NCBI GenBank assembly: GCA_020137815.1
Contig: CM035362.1
Location: 5,580,001 to 5,644,000, forward strand
DNA length: 64,000 nucleotides
Source of the DNA: Hormiphora californensis
Taxonomy: Eukaryota > Animalia > Ctenophora
Reading direction: 5' to 3'
The notes beneath the pieces were generated by a model. The model was not told the DNA's origin, ran no database searches, and worked only from the letters and a program-made list of their open reading frames with translations. Within the stretch, counting starts at the first letter, position 1. Every line of letters starts with the position of its first letter. The translations under genes and the position numbers were made by a program. Shown in pieces: positions 1-14,483 of this stretch.

Positions 1-770
1 AGTCAGACGGAATCTCTGAAATCAGACGGAAACCAAAACCATCTGAAGGCCGTATCTAGCCCGTCTGACTCCGTCTCAAGCCCGTCTAAACCAGGGCTTC
101 AGACCACGTTTCAAACCCGTCTGACTCCGTCTAGACACCGTCTGGAGCAAAACCCGTCTAGCGCTGTTGGAACGGCTCCTAGAGGACGTCCAGGCGCGGC
201 CCGGTGCTGTCAGCGTGATTCCTTACTACTGACTCTCAGATGGTACTATGACGGCAAGGGTAGCATGATCCTGGAGGGTAGAAAAAGGTTTTGACAAGTC
301 TGACCCCGGATTATTCATCAAATCCGTAATTGTGAATGTGGGAAATTCAATCTTCCTGGTAAATTGGGCGGCTCAAGACGTATCACAGGAACAGACAAGG
401 GGCCATGTTAAGGGTACTTCGGTACTAAACCCATCCAGACGGTTTTTGCTCCAGACGGCGTCTAGATGGAGTCAGACGGGTTTGAGACGGGCGTCTTAGG
501 CCCGTTTAGAATTAGACGGGCGACGGCACGCTGAAACGGAGCTGAACGAAGTCAGACGGAATCTCTGAAATCAGACGGAAACCAAAACCGTCTGAAGGCC
601 GTATCTAGCCCGTCTGACTACGTCTCAAGCCCGTCTAAACCAGGGCTTCAGACCACGTTTCAAACCCGTCTAGACGCCGTCTGGAGCAAAACCCGTCTAG
701 TGCCGTTGGAACGGCGCCTAGACGACTTCTAGGCGCTAGGCGCGGTGCTGTCAGCGTGATTCCTTACTAC
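1..770. repeat. Two direct copies (period ~549 bp) of a palindromic MITE-like element built on CCGTCT/AGACGG
   Basis: 1-230 repeats at 550-770. 445-486 (TTTGCTCCAGACGGCGTCTAGA...GACGGGTTTGA) is the inverse of 660-692. Confidence 0.7.
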
Positions 771-2977
771 AACTACTGATCTCCTCGAGCTCGGTACTCT
801 CTTCTGAGCGAGAAATGGTCAGCATGATGCCTGGTAGGGTAGAAAACATGAGAAATGAGAATAGGGTCAGGCAAATGCTCTGACAGTGTATGGTCATGGC
901 TGCATGGCGTTATGAGTAATCAGTTTCACACATGGTAGTGCATTGTAACATGTGGTCAATAGTTGATTGACATGTGCCCTCAAGCAGAACTTTGGCCTTT
1001 CCACACGTACAGCTATTGTCACCTACTACGTGATATGTTAATTGTGTCACGTCGAAGACGAAACGTGCACATGATGTTTGCTTGTTATTTGTTAAGTTCC
1101 TCAACAAATGGATCTATATATGATCTTGGAATTCTTTGCTCTCAATTAGTTTGTTGTTTAGGATTCCTAATAGGAAATACGAATACTCCTAATAAGTAAT
1201 ACTCATACTCATACGAATACTCATTTAATTTTAAAATCTGACCATATAGGGGCAGCGCGGGGGCAAGGCAAAAAAGCCCAACCCGCCCTGAAATCCGGGA
1301 TTGATCTGGCTTTTTGGCTTTTTTGGTTTTTTATCCAAAAATTTCTGCCTTTTTGTTCTGGCTTTTTTATCTGTCTGCCTCTTTTAATGTCACATAACTT
1401 TGATACCATTATGTTTATCAGAGACAAGTTATAATTGGAGCTGAGTTCATGGCATAATCATTCTTCATTAATTCGGGCAGTTCATTATTCGACCAATGAA
1501 ATGTGTGCATCAGAAATATTAAAACATATGATACAGTGATGAGTGAAACCCACAATGGTAATTTAGGCGGGGGTCGTTAAGAATTGTTCGAAAAAAAATA
1601 AACCGCTTAACCACACTAATCAGGTGTCACCAACTTAGTTAATTAGTGCATTATACAATTTAAATAACCTCGCCCTAATTTCTCTGTAGACTTTGGGCCG
1701 CCCTGGCCTGTCTCTCACTGCACACATCACACGAGGTTTTATGACGAGGTGCAGTTTATTATCTTCCGGTAAATTACTGGGTCATTCTGAATTGTGGCGA
1801 TATATTGAGCACTGATTTTTCTCACCGCAATAATCAAATGAAATCCAAGAATACCGCGGAAATCGGCTTTTGTTCATTTCCTTGTATTCGATCTTGCCGA
1901 TGTCGCTGCCTTGTATTTTACAAATTTCTGATCATGATGCCTATACTACCATATATACTACCATATATAAATTGTCTTTGCGTTATTCGATATTTGCCAT
2001 TAGTACAAATCGGTTCAGAAAGTATATCTCTCCAGCACAAATAGACAAAGCCAAGCACACAATACACCCACAGTTGTACCGGATTGGTGTCTTAATCCAC
2101 TATAATATCTAGCTGTGTGTCCTACTTCTTTCCACACCGCTAGAAGAAACGCAATTTATTCATCCATGGCGACTGCAATCGACCATCCTTCATTCATTCT
2201 GAGCTATCCAACGCGACTGCAGTGGTCGGACCACCCTTCATTCATTACCCTTCATTCATTACCCTTCATTCATTCTGAACCAAATTAATTTGTCTGAAGA
2301 TCTGAGTCGAGCTATGAACAAAATTAAAAACTCTACTCCTGTCTAATTGCACATAGAAGTTGCTAGAAATCATACCATGCACATGAGCTATTACAGTCGG
2401 ACCCCGGGATTGACTGGGGTCCTCCTCGGGGGGAAAAGGCAATTCGAGGGGTCCCCGGTATATCGTTGGCCACATTGAAGCCTGAGTGAGAGGAAAAGGC
2501 AATTCGAGGGGTCCCCGGTATATCGTTGGCCACATTGAAGCCTGAGTGAGATCGATCTCACATACAGGCCTCCGCCCCGTTATTGATTTTAGAGCAAACT
2601 TTTTCAAAGACCTGGCTGCAAGGAACTACTGAACCGATTTGCATCTCGTTTGTCCCCGCGGTATATCGGGGCCAGTAAACACCGTTAATTTCCTATATCG
2701 AAGGAAGTTTATCGTCCCGGTAAATCGAGGTGTCCCCGGTAAATCGAGGTCCTACTGTTCATTTGATGATGTCCATGGTAATCATTGATTACTAATCAAT
2801 GAATATTATTAATACCTACCTACTGTTATAGAGCCTGCAGTCACATATATATATATATAATTATATATACTGCATGCAGTATCTATAATATATTGTGCTA
2901 GCAAAACATAATTAATACCACATGCCTCCCTGCAGGGGGGACCGATCTCTCTATCATAGAGGTAGATAGACTCTATC

Positions 2978-3121
2978 TTTCTCCCTCTCTCTCTTTCTGT
3001 CTCTATCTCCATCTCTCTCTCTCACTCCCTCTCTCTCTCTCTCACTCTCTCTCTCTCTATCTCTCTCTCTCTCTCTCTCACTCCCTCACTCCACTCTCTC
3101 TCTCTCACTCACTCTTTCTCA
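2978..3121. repeat. (CT)n microsatellite
   Basis: Direct inspection. Confidence 0.9.
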
Positions 3122-4834
3122 CGGTACTGCGTATTGGGTCTCACCCTAGTCTTGCATTTTTGTACTTTGACCATATCTCTTCTTTTTATTCTGCTGTTCT
3201 AGCTCATTCTTGCTTACATGAGTGTATTACTTGGGTATTGGCATGTCAGTTAATTACTTCATGGGTTTAGTATTAATAATACTATTATTGGCACCAGTTA
3301 ATTACTTGGGTTTAGTATAATTATTGGCACCATCCCAAATTAGAAATACAGCTATTCTGTTCATAATCATCAGATATAAAATAGAAGAGCTGTGAATCAT
3401 ATCTCCATCACAGTATGAATTATCTCCATCACAGTATATTTCTCACACCTTTATGCTTTCTCCACAGCTACTGATACAAGTGCTGGCTAACAAAGTTGTT
3501 TTAGAAGCCCACGGCACATAATATGCGCATTTCCAATTAGTTGATGAGACGGTGAAAACAAGTGCTAACCAAGCTTCTTGCCAGGAGGAGGAATAGCTAC
3601 TGCATGTGGGAGAAGCATTCATTCTTTTGTGTGACGAGGCATTGCTACTATACACAGATACAGTCGGACCCATATTTACCGGGATGCTTTAGGGAAAGAG
3701 TTTTCCCGGTAAATCGGGGTGCCCTGCATATCGGGGTAAAATACTGTCAATTTCCTATATTTGCGGAAGTTTACCCTCGCGGTAAATCATTACAGGGTTC
3801 CGGTAGATTGGGATTCGGGGTCCCGGAAAATATATCGTCAAACAATAATATCAACAAATTTTTAGGGCCCGGTGAAACCACTAAATATTCACAACCCCAA
3901 TATGATACAAGCCAAGTATAATCTTGAATAATAATATCCAATATCGTACCGTAGTGCGTAGAATCTTCGGAAGAATTCGATTGAATATCATTATCTGCAC
4001 CGAGCACAGCTTACTTGTGCAACAAACATTAGTATGTATGTGTTGATACCTATTTTGCAACCATAATAATCGTGTACTGCACAGTTTTGTAACTTTCTGG
4101 TTTTTTAACCCTCATCTAGCCTTTGGTTCCATTGTAACCTATTCTCGCTCCGCGACCTCGATCTCACTCAGGCATCATGGTGCCTGAGTGAGATCGATGC
4201 ATCAATTTGGCAAATCTCTGTACAGATTGAATTGTTTGCATACAGTGTCAGCCTCGAGGGCTAATTGACTCTCTTTTTCTGCAGTTGGTGGGATCATGGC
4301 TCTCGAAAAGTGGCATTGTATGCAGATTGCATGCTGATCCTTGATCACTTGTTGAATCAACCAACGCAACAATCAATATCGCGGCGTTAATAATATGGGG
4401 CCTATTATTATAGGCTAGTTGACAGTTCTGATCAGTGGCCCCCCAAGGGTACAATTTTCATGTATACCCGCTAATTGAACGTTGTTGTTATAGCTCGACT
4501 CGTTGCTGTCAGGCCAATGCTCCACAGGCCCGTAACCCGTTGTTTTCATTACTCAGTCTTATTAATACAGCTCTGTCTTCGACTAGATATCGCGATCTGC
4601 AGTTTCACTTGTTGAGTAACAAAGTTTCACTGCTTCATGCTTTGTACAGATGCTTGTGATCTTTTAGTTTCACATAATTGCTTGGCATAATATAACTGTT
4701 AGTATTTCGTGACTGCTATAAAATTGAATAATAAATAGTATTTACTATTTAGGTTCTTAGTTTTGAGTTTCGACCAATCAAACAAACACTATATCATTGT
4801 GTGTTAGAACATAACAACATATTCCTTCCTTCCA

Positions 4835-4930
4835 GCAGTAACCGACCGAAACAAGTAAACAACCAATCAGAACACGTTATTTAGGTCACGTGACTGGTTA
4901 TCAGCCAATCAGGGACCAGTATTTCCTGAT
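4835..4930 (+). mobile_element. ~110-bp mini-element copy, polymorphic between duplicates
   Basis: Present before the ATG of GPCR copy A. Absent at the equivalent CCAGCAGCTGATAT in copy C (~14461). Confidence 0.85.
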
Positions 4931-4935
4931 ATATC

Positions 4936-5493
4936 ATGGTACTTTTAACGCCAGGACCACCTGACCACTTCCCTGCAACAGCATCTGCTATTCTCTACAA
5001 CCTCACCAGTATAACCACAATCTATACCTCCAGTTTCACAACGCCATCATACCCTCCAGACATACCATCAACTGATAACAATTTACCTGACATCTTTGAT
5101 TTTGGATCGAAACCCAACCGAACAGTTGAGATCCCAAACTTTTACAAGTACCCCTTTGGGATGTGGCTGGTGAAGGTCATGTTACCCCTCGCCCTGCTCC
5201 TCCAATCGTTTGGACACATCCTGGTGGGAAGGTTGTATTTTAACCGGAAGAACAGGCTCAGATTGGACAGTGGAATGTTTCTCATTAACTACATCATATC
5301 AGACAACGTGTTTACCGTTTATGTTATAGTCGCGGTTGCCATAGAGATAACGGCTCCATTGTGCCCCATTGTTAACGTGGTATACGGTGTGGCTGTGGTG
5401 TTGCCCATGTACTCTGTCTACCTGATCACATTAAAACGCTTCATTCGGGTGATTAGTTTTTGGAAACGTTTTACAACTCATTTACTACTTTGA
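4936..5493 (+). pseudogene. Truncated duplicate of GPCR exon 1 (N-terminus to TM3), copy A
   Basis: Nearly identical peptide to the 14484 ORF up to ...KRFIRVI, then diverges into unrelated sequence. About 10 aa differences plus many synonymous ones. Confidence 0.7.
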
Positions 5494-6757
5494 AACATTT
5501 ATAAAATAATGGTGGAATATTACCACTATACAATCTCTTCTTTTATATGCTGTTCGAGCTCATCTTGATTGCATGAGCTTATTAATTATTACTTGGTATT
5601 GGCACAGTTACTTAATCATGGTTTAGTATTAATAAACTCTTATGGCACCAGTTATTACGTGGGTTTTAGTATTATTGGCACGTTCCCAAATTAGACATTA
5701 TAGCTCTTGTAGTAATAATCATCAGATGAATAGATCACTGTGAATCATCTCATCACAGTATGAATCATCTCAGTCGCAAGGTAGTTCTCACACCTTATGG
5801 CTTTCTCCAGAGCTATGATACAAGTGCGGGCTAAACAAAGTGTGTTTTTTTTTTAGAAGCCCATGCATAATATGTGCATTTTCAATAGTTGATGAGAATG
5901 TGGAAAACACAGTGCTAACCAAGCTTGCAGGCGGAAAATAGCTACTGCGGTGGGAGAAGATTCAGTCTTTGTTATGACGAGGAATTTGCTACTATACACT
6001 GCGACACAGTCGGACACCCGATTTACTGGGATTATTTAGGGAAAGTGTTTTCCCGGTCTAAATCGGTGGGGCCCTGCATCATCGGGGTCAAATACTTCAA
6101 ATCCATATATGGGGTAAATCGGGTGGTTCCGGTGTAAATCGGTGATTCGGGGTCTCCCGGAAAATATATCGTCAAACAAGAATATCAACAAATTTTAGGG
6201 CCCGGTGAAACCCACTAAATTATCACAACCCATATGATAGCAGCAGGATTAATGCTTGAATAATTAATATCCAATAATTCGTAACACGTAGTGCGTAGAA
6301 ATAGAAAGGAAATTCACGTTCTTCTGAAGATTTACTAGTAATCTTCAGAAGAACGATTGAATATTATATCTGCACAGAGCACAGCTACGTGTGCAGCCAA
6401 CATTAGTCTGATGTGTTGATACCTAGTTGCAACCATAATTGTGTGCAGTTGAAATTTACTGGTTTTTTACCCTCATATATAGCCTTTGGCTCCATTGCAA
6501 CCTATTCTCGCTCCGTTTGTGGGGAGATCGATCAGGTCGCTGCGCGACCATCGATTCTCACTCAGGCATCAATGTGGCCAACATCAGCCTCTGTACAGAT
6601 TGAATTGTCATACAGCGTCAGCATCGAGGGCTCATTGACTCTCTTTTTTTCTGCAGTTGGTGGATAAGCGCTAGAAAAAGTGGCATTGTATGCAGGATTG
6701 CCTGTTATCCATTCACTTGTTGAATCACAAACGCAACATAATATCGCGGCTGTGAAA

Positions 6758-9252
6758 CCTTTAAGGGCGGAGAAGGATTGCTCAGCTAGATTTTTCTAAT
6801 TTTTCGTTTATAAGTAGATTATTATTACCACAATACCTCGAAAAAGAAAAACTTTAAGTTTCGACATGGGTTTTTGCTGGGCCACTGTGTCATATAGGAC
6901 TCTATGTCGTAGGGGAATTATAGTAACAAATGTCATTTGTGCAAAGAGTAGGGGTTCCATATCAAATTTTATGCTTTGAGGCAGCTATAGCATAATTTCT
7001 TACAATTTGAACGGTTTTTACTAGAAACAATACCCCAAATTCTACATTTTGTCTCATATATGCACTCTCATCGTCCCAATGGGAAATTCTCCAAAAAATC
7101 CATAACTCGGGCTAGAAAAGGAGCTAAGAGTCAATCAGGGCACTAAACTGTGTAGATCATCGCATTTAGTGGGAGAGCACCCCATATTTAGGTCGCTTCT
7201 TGCCCCTAATTGCGCTAATTGGATAAATTAGCAAATTATCTTTTTATGCTGCCTGCGCATGCTAATAAATGAAACATGTGCTTGGGAAGGAGTTATGAGG
7301 CAAATGGGGGCACTTAAAAATGTGTCAGAATCATCCACATTAGTGGGTTAAAGCACATATTTAGGTCTATATCTCGACCCCTGAATCGAGCTACTGGTAA
7401 TAGCTAATAGTTGCCCTCCAGAGCTAAAAAATTCAAATTTGGAGGAGTATACAAGACAAAATTGGGGGGCACTAAAATGTGTAAAATCGTGCCTTCGTGG
7501 AGGCAGAGCACATAGCGCGTTTTTATTTCCCGCTCCTAATTGAGATAAATTGGATAATTAGCTATTGACGGTTGCATCATGCCCCCATTTTCACCATATA
7601 CAGTGTTTCTGGATATCCTGAGCTCTTTTGTGTCATCCAAGGATATTTTGCATCCCTTTACCCATTGTATCACCTTTGACCCGTATTACACAATAATATG
7701 CACTCTATACAACCCTAGACGCCGGACTTAGCTCTGTAAACCCCTTGCTCTCATCCTACTCCTATCGCTAGACCTCTCGACACCATACTAAACGCCTTCT
7801 ACAGATCATCTTATTTCGATGGGTTCATGAGAATGCCTTAGTGGCAAATGATAGATTGTCGAGAGGGATGAGGAGAAAATAATTAGGGGAACCTAAAACT
7901 GTGTGCCAATAATAAAATGAGGAAACTGTTTAGTACATTAGGGGTTGAACGTCTTGTAGGCCAATAGGGATTTATCCCAAAAAAATCGGGGATCTCGAAA
8001 TTCTGAGAGGTCTAGGGGAAAGCAAGAGGGTTCTAAAGAGTGAAGGCGGTGTTAGGGTGTATTGTATAGAGTGCTTATTAGTGTGTTAAAACGAGTCAAA
8101 GGTGAGGAGTGTGATACAAATTGGGTGAAAAGGGAATGCCCAAGATCCTAAGATTGAACAAAAGAGCTCAGGATTCGACAGAAACCACGGTAGATGGTGA
8201 AAAAGGGGGAATTATGCAACCGTCAATTAGTAATTATCCAATTATCTCAACTAGAGCGGGATAAAAACTCAGCTATGTGCGCTGCCCCAACTAAGGCGAA
8301 GATTTTTTTTACACATTTTTAGTGCCCCCATTTGTCTTGTATACGCGCCAAATTTGAATTTTTTTAGCGCTGGAGGGCCAAACTAATAGCTTAAAAACTA
8401 TCCCAATTATTCAATAGGGTCCAGAAGAGAACATTAAAATGTGCTCGAACCCCACTTAATGTGATGAGTTACAAATGTTAGTGCCCCATTTGCCTCATAA
8501 CTCATTCCCAAAGCAAAGTTTTCATTATAGCATGCGCAGGACAGATAAATTGGTCTAATTATACATTATCTCGATTAGGGGCAAGATAGCGACCTAAATA
8601 TGTGCTCTTACCCCATAATGCGATGATTCGACACAGTTTTGTGCCGATTGACTCTTAAGCTCCTTTTTGCCGAGTTATGGATGTTTTTGAGAATTACCAA
8701 TTGGGGACGATAGAGTCATAATGATACAAAATGTAGATTTTGGGGTATTTTCTAGTTATAAAAACACCGTTTCAAGATTGTTAGAAATTATAGCTAGAGA
8801 CTTGCCCTCAAAGCCATAAAAAAATTTGACTATTGGACACAACTTTTGCCAAATGACATTTGTCAGTTTTATAGAATTCCCTTACGGACGATAGCGTCAC
8901 AATGTACACACGACTAAACGTTAATAACTATTCAATTTCAATATATTTTTGAGGCGGTTTTTGATTCGCATTTGTCTTTATGCCACGTAGTTTGTCCCTT
9001 CAAAGGATTATTTGTTGCCCCTCAAAAACAAAAATTGAGAGGTGGTTTAATAAAAAAAACGCCTAAATTAAGCCTCCCGAGAAGGCCAAAAAAAAAATTT
9101 CTTTCGATTTCGAGCAGATTTGGACGTGGTTTGGGTTCAAAATCCCTATACTAAGCTTTTTGACAAAAAATTAGCCCACTAGAATCATGTAGCGCCTTAC
9201 CGACGGTCAGGAATGGACCGTTGTCATATATTGACCTATCGCCCTCAAAGGG
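6758..9252. mobile_element. Error-rich second copy of the piggyBac-like element (in duplicate B)
   Basis: Colinear with 11540-14010, same termini, dense 1-bp indels. Confidence 0.8.
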
Positions 9253-9728
9253 TTAATAATAGGGGGCCTATTATTATAGGCTAGTTGACAGTCTCATCTG
9301 TGGCCCCTAAGGTTACAATTTTCATGTAACCCGACGAATGGAACGTTGTTATTATAGGTAGTTACTGTCAGGCCAATGCTTGACCACAATTATCGCTCGA
9401 AGAAATCAGAAAGGGTCAGGCCAATGCTCTGACCACAGGCCGTTGTTTTTATTACTCAGTCTCTGGTCTGCCCTCGACAGATCTCGCGAATCAGTTTCCA
9501 CTGCTTCAGGTTTTGTACAGACAATATGGACCCCTTCTTTTAGGTATTTAACATTAATTGCTGGGCATATAAATGTTAGTATTCGAACTGCTTTAAAGTT
9601 GAAATAATAAATAGTATTTAGGTTCTTTAGTTCGAGCTAGAGTTTCGTACAACCAAACAAACACTCTTTATGTGTGTTAGAAACATTAAAACATTCCTTC
9701 ATTAACAGCAGCTGATACTACACAAATC

Positions 9729-10251
9729 ATTGGGACTTTGACGCCAGGACACCCGACCAGTCCCTGCAACGCCATCTGACATTCTGTACAATCTCACCGA
9801 AACTACAATCTACACATAGTTTCACAACCCCAACATATCCTCCCAGACCTACCATTCAACAGATGACAAATTTACTGCCATCTTTAGTTTGGAGCAAAAA
9901 ACCAAACCGGAACAGTTGAGATCCCAAACTTTACACAGTACCCGTTTGGGATGTGGATGGTGAAGGGTCATGTTACCCCTCGCCCTGCTCCTCAAATCAT
10001 TGGACACATAATGGTGGGAAGGTGGTATTGTAACCGGAAGAACAGACTCAGGATTGGACAGTGGAATGGTTCTAATTAACTACATTGTATCAGACAATGT
10101 GTTCACTCTTTTATGTTATAGTCCGGTTGTGCTATAGAAATCAACGGCCCCATTGATGCCCGGTTTAGTGAACGTTGTAACGGTTTTCTTGTGCGGTGGT
10201 TTCTACATGTACTCTGCTATCTGATCACATTTATAAAAGCTATTCGGGTGA
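9729..10251 (+). pseudogene. Truncated, indel-riddled duplicate of GPCR exon 1, copy B
   Basis: Aligns by eye to 14484-15001 with many 1-bp indels and breaks at the same point as copy A. The indels look like raw long-read error. Confidence 0.6.
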
Positions 10252-11539
10252 TAAGATTTTGTAAACGTTTACAACTCATTTACTACTTTGAACATATAAC
10301 ATCAATGGCGTGAATATACCACTATACATATCTCTTCTTTTTATTATGCTGTTCTAGCTCATTCTTGCTTGCATGAGTTTATTAATTATTACTTGGGTAT
10401 TGGCACCAGTTAATTACTTCATGGGTTTAGTATTAATAATACTATTATTGGCACCAGTTAATTACTTGGGTTTAGTATTATTGGCACGTTCCCAAATTAG
10501 AAATATAGCTCTTCTATTCATAATCATCAGATGAATAGATCAGCTGTGAATCATCTCCATCACAGTATGAATCATCTCCGTCGCAGTATTTCTCACACCT
10601 TTATGCTTTCTCCAGAGCTACTGATACAAGTGCTGGCTAACAAAGTTGTTTTAGAAGCCCATGCATAATATGTGTGCATTTTCAATCAGTTGATGAGACT
10701 GTGAAAACAAGTGCTAACCAAGCTTGCCAGGAGGAAAATAGCTACTGCGTGTGGGAGAAGGATTCATTCTTTTGTATGACGAGGAATTGCTACTATACAT
10801 GCAGACACAGTCGGACCCCGATTTACTGGGATTCTTTAGGGAAAGTGTTTTCCCGGTAAATCGGGGTGCCCTGCATATCGGGGTCAAATACTGTCAATTT
10901 CCTATATCTGGGGTAAATCGGGGTTCCGGTAAATCGGGATTCGGGGTCCCGGAAAATATATCGTCAAACAATAATATCAACAAATTTTTAGGGCCCGGTG
11001 AAACCACTAAATATTCACAACCCCATATGATAGCAGCCAAGTATAATCTTGAATAATAATATCCAATATCGTACCGTAGTGCGTAGAAATTCTACGTTCT
11101 TCTGAAGATTCTACTAGAATCTTCAGAAGAACGATTGAATATTATTATCTGCACAGAGCACAGCTTACTTGTGCAGCCAACATTAGTATGTATGTGTTGA
11201 TACCTATTTTGCAACCATAATTGTGTGCAGTTTTGTAACTTTCTGGTTTTTTACCCTCATATATAGCCTTTGGCTCCATTGCAACCTATTCTCGCTCCGT
11301 TTGTGAGATCGATCTCGGTCGCTGCGCGACCTCGATCTCACTCAGGCATCAATGTGGCCAACATCTAGCCTCTGTACAGATTGAATTGTCCATACAGCGT
11401 CAGCCTCGAGGGCTAATTGACTCTCTTTTTTTCTGCAGTTGGTGGGATCAGCTCTCGAAAAGTGGCATTGTATGCAGATTGCATGTTGATCCATCACTTG
11501 TTGAATCACCCAACGCAACAATCAATATCGCGGCGTTAA

Positions 11540-14010
11540 CCCTTTAAGGGCGAGAAGGATTGGCTCGATAGATTTTTCTAATTTTTCGTTTATAAGTAGA
11601 TATTATTACCACAAACTACCTCGAAAAAGAAATTTGAAGTTTCGACATGTAGTTTTTGCTGGGCCCACTGTGTCATATATGACTCTATCGTCCGTAGGGG
11701 AATTCTAGTAACAAATGTCATTTGTGCAAAAGTATGGGTCCAATAGTCAAATTTTATGCTTTGAGGCAGTCTATAGCTATAATTTCTACAATCTTGAACG
11801 GTTTTTACTAGAAAAATACCCCAAATTCTACATTTTGTATCATATATGACTCTATCGTCCCAATTGGTAAATTCTCCAAAAACATCCATAACTCGGGCTA
11901 GAAAAGGAGCTAAGAGTCAAATCAGGGCACTAAACTGTGTAGAATCATCGCATTAGTGGGGGTAGAGCACATATTTAGGTCGCTATCTTGCCCCCTAATT
12001 GAGATAATTGGATAATTAGCCAATTATCTGTCCTGCGCATGCTAATAAATGAAACTTTGCTTTGGGAAGGAGTTATGAGGCAAATGGGGGCACTAAAATG
12101 TGTAGAATCATCACATTAGTGGGGTTAAAGCACATATTTAGGTCTCTATCTGGACCCCTAATCGAGATAATTGGATAATTAGCTAATTAGTTGCCCTCCA
12201 GCGCTAAAAAATTCAAATTTGGCGGAGTATACAAGACAAATGGGGGCACTAAAATGTGTAAAATCGTCGCCTTAGTGGAGGCAGAGCACATAGCTGAGTT
12301 TTTATTCCCGCTCCTAATTGAGATAATTGGATAATTAGCTAATTGACGGTTGCATAATGCCCCCTTTTCACCATATACCGTGGTTTCTGGCTAATCCTGA
12401 GCTCTTTTGTTCAATCCAAGGATCTTTTGGCATCCCTTTACCCCATTTGTATCACCTTTGACTCGTTTTACACAATAATATAGCACTCTATACAACCCTA
12501 GACGCCGACTTAAGCTCTGTACAACCCCCTTGCTTCATCCTACTCCTATAGCTAGACCTCTCATACACCATACTAAACGCCTTCTACAGATCATCTTTAT
12601 TTCCGATGGAGTTCATGAGAAGTTTCCTTAGTGGCAAATGAGATTGTGAGAGGGATGAGGAGAAATAATTTAGGGGGAATCTAAACTGTGTGTCCAATAA
12701 TAAAATGGGAAACTGTAGTACATTAGGGGTTGAACGTCTTGTAGGAGCAATAGGATATCCCAAAAAAAATATGGATCTCGAAATTATGAGAGGTCTAGGA
12801 TTAAGCAAGAGGGTTCTAAAGAGCTGAAGGCGGTGTCTAGGGTTGTATAGAGTGCTATATTAGTGTGTAAAACGAGTCAAAGGTGATACAAATTGGGTAA
12901 AGGGATGCCAAAAGATCCTTAGATTGAACAAAAGAGCTCAGGATTAGCCAGAAACCACGGTATATGGTGAAAAGGGGGCATTATGCAACCGTCAATTAGC
13001 TAATTATCCAATTATCTCAATTAGGAGCGGGAATAAAAACTCAGCTATGTGCTCTGCCCCCACTAAGGCGACGATTTTACACATTTTAGTGCCCCCATTT
13101 GTCTTGTATACTCCGCCAAATTTGAATTTTTTAGCGCTGGAGGGCAACTAATTAGCTAACTATCCAATTATCTCAATTAGGGGTCCAGATAGAGACCTAA
13201 ATATGTGCTCTAACCCCACTAATGTGATGATTCTACACATTTTAGTGCCCCCATTTGCCTCATAACTCCTTCCCAAAGCAAAGTTTCATTTATTAGCATG
13301 CGCAGGACAGATAATTGGCTAATTATCCAATTATCTCGATTAGGGGGCAAGATAGCGACCTAAATATGTGCTCTACCCCCACTAATGCGATGATTCTACA
13401 CAGTTTAGTGCCCTGATTTGACTCTTAGCTCCTTTTCTAGCCCGAGTTATGGATGTTTTTGGAGAATTTACCAATTGGGACGATAGAGTCATATATGATA
13501 CAAAATGTAGAATTTGGGGTATTTTTCTAGTAAAAACCGTTCAAGATTGTAGAAATTATAGCTATAGACTGCCTCAAAGCATAAAATTTGACTATTGGAC
13601 CCATACTTTTGCACAAATGACATTTGTTACTAGAATTCCCTTACGGACGATAGAGTCACATATGATACAACGACTAAAACGTTAATAACTCATTCAATTT
13701 TCAATATTTTTTGATGCGGTTTTTTGCATTCGATTTGTTATGCCAAGTAGTTTTATCCCTTCAAAGGATTATTTGTGCCCCTCAAAAACAAAAATTTGAG
13801 AGGGGTTTTAAAAAAAACGCCTAAATTAGCCTCCCGAGAAGGGCCATAAAAAAAATTTCTTCGATTTTCCGAGCAGATTTGGACGTGGTTTTGGGTTCAA
13901 AATCCCTATAACTAGCTTGTGACAAAAAATTAGCCACCTAGACATCATGTAGCGCCTTCCAGACGGTCTAGAATGGACCGTGTCATATATGACCTATCGC
14001 CCTCAAAGGG
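11540..14010. mobile_element. Non-autonomous piggyBac-like element with long internal inverted repeat
   Basis: TTAA on both sides (11536-39, 14011-14) and TIRs CCCTTT(A/G)AGGGCGA. The empty site GGCGTTAATAATATGGGG is at ~4383. Internal arms are ~11671-12508 and ~12831-13669. No transposase ORF. Confidence 0.9.
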
Positions 14011-14483
14011 TTAATAATATGGGGCCTATTATTATAGGCTAGTTGACAGTTCTCATCTGTGGCCCCTAAGGGTACAATTTTCATGTATACCCGCTAATTG
14101 AACGTTGTTATTATAGGTCGTTACTGTCAGGCCCAATGCTCTGACCACAATTCTCGTGCGAAGAAATCAGAATAGGGTCAGGCCCAATGCTCTGACCACA
14201 GGCCCGTTGTTTTTATTACTCAGTCTCTGGTCTGCCCTCGACTAGATCTCGCGATCAGTTTCACTGCTTCATGTTTTGTACAGACAATATGTGACCCCCT
14301 TCTTTTAGTTTCACATAATTGCTTGGCATATAACTGTTAGTATTTCGTAACTGCTTTTAAATTGAATAATAAATAGTATTTAGGTTCTTAGTTTCGAGTT
14401 TCGTCCAACCAAACAAACACTCTTTCATTGTGTGTTAGAACATAACAACATTCCTTCCTTCCAGCAGCTGATATACACAAATC

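Noticed and set aside
11590-13685. Mirror ORFs MDVFGEFTNWDDR...
   Set aside because: They arise from the inverted arms of the piggyBac-like element and are not protein-like.
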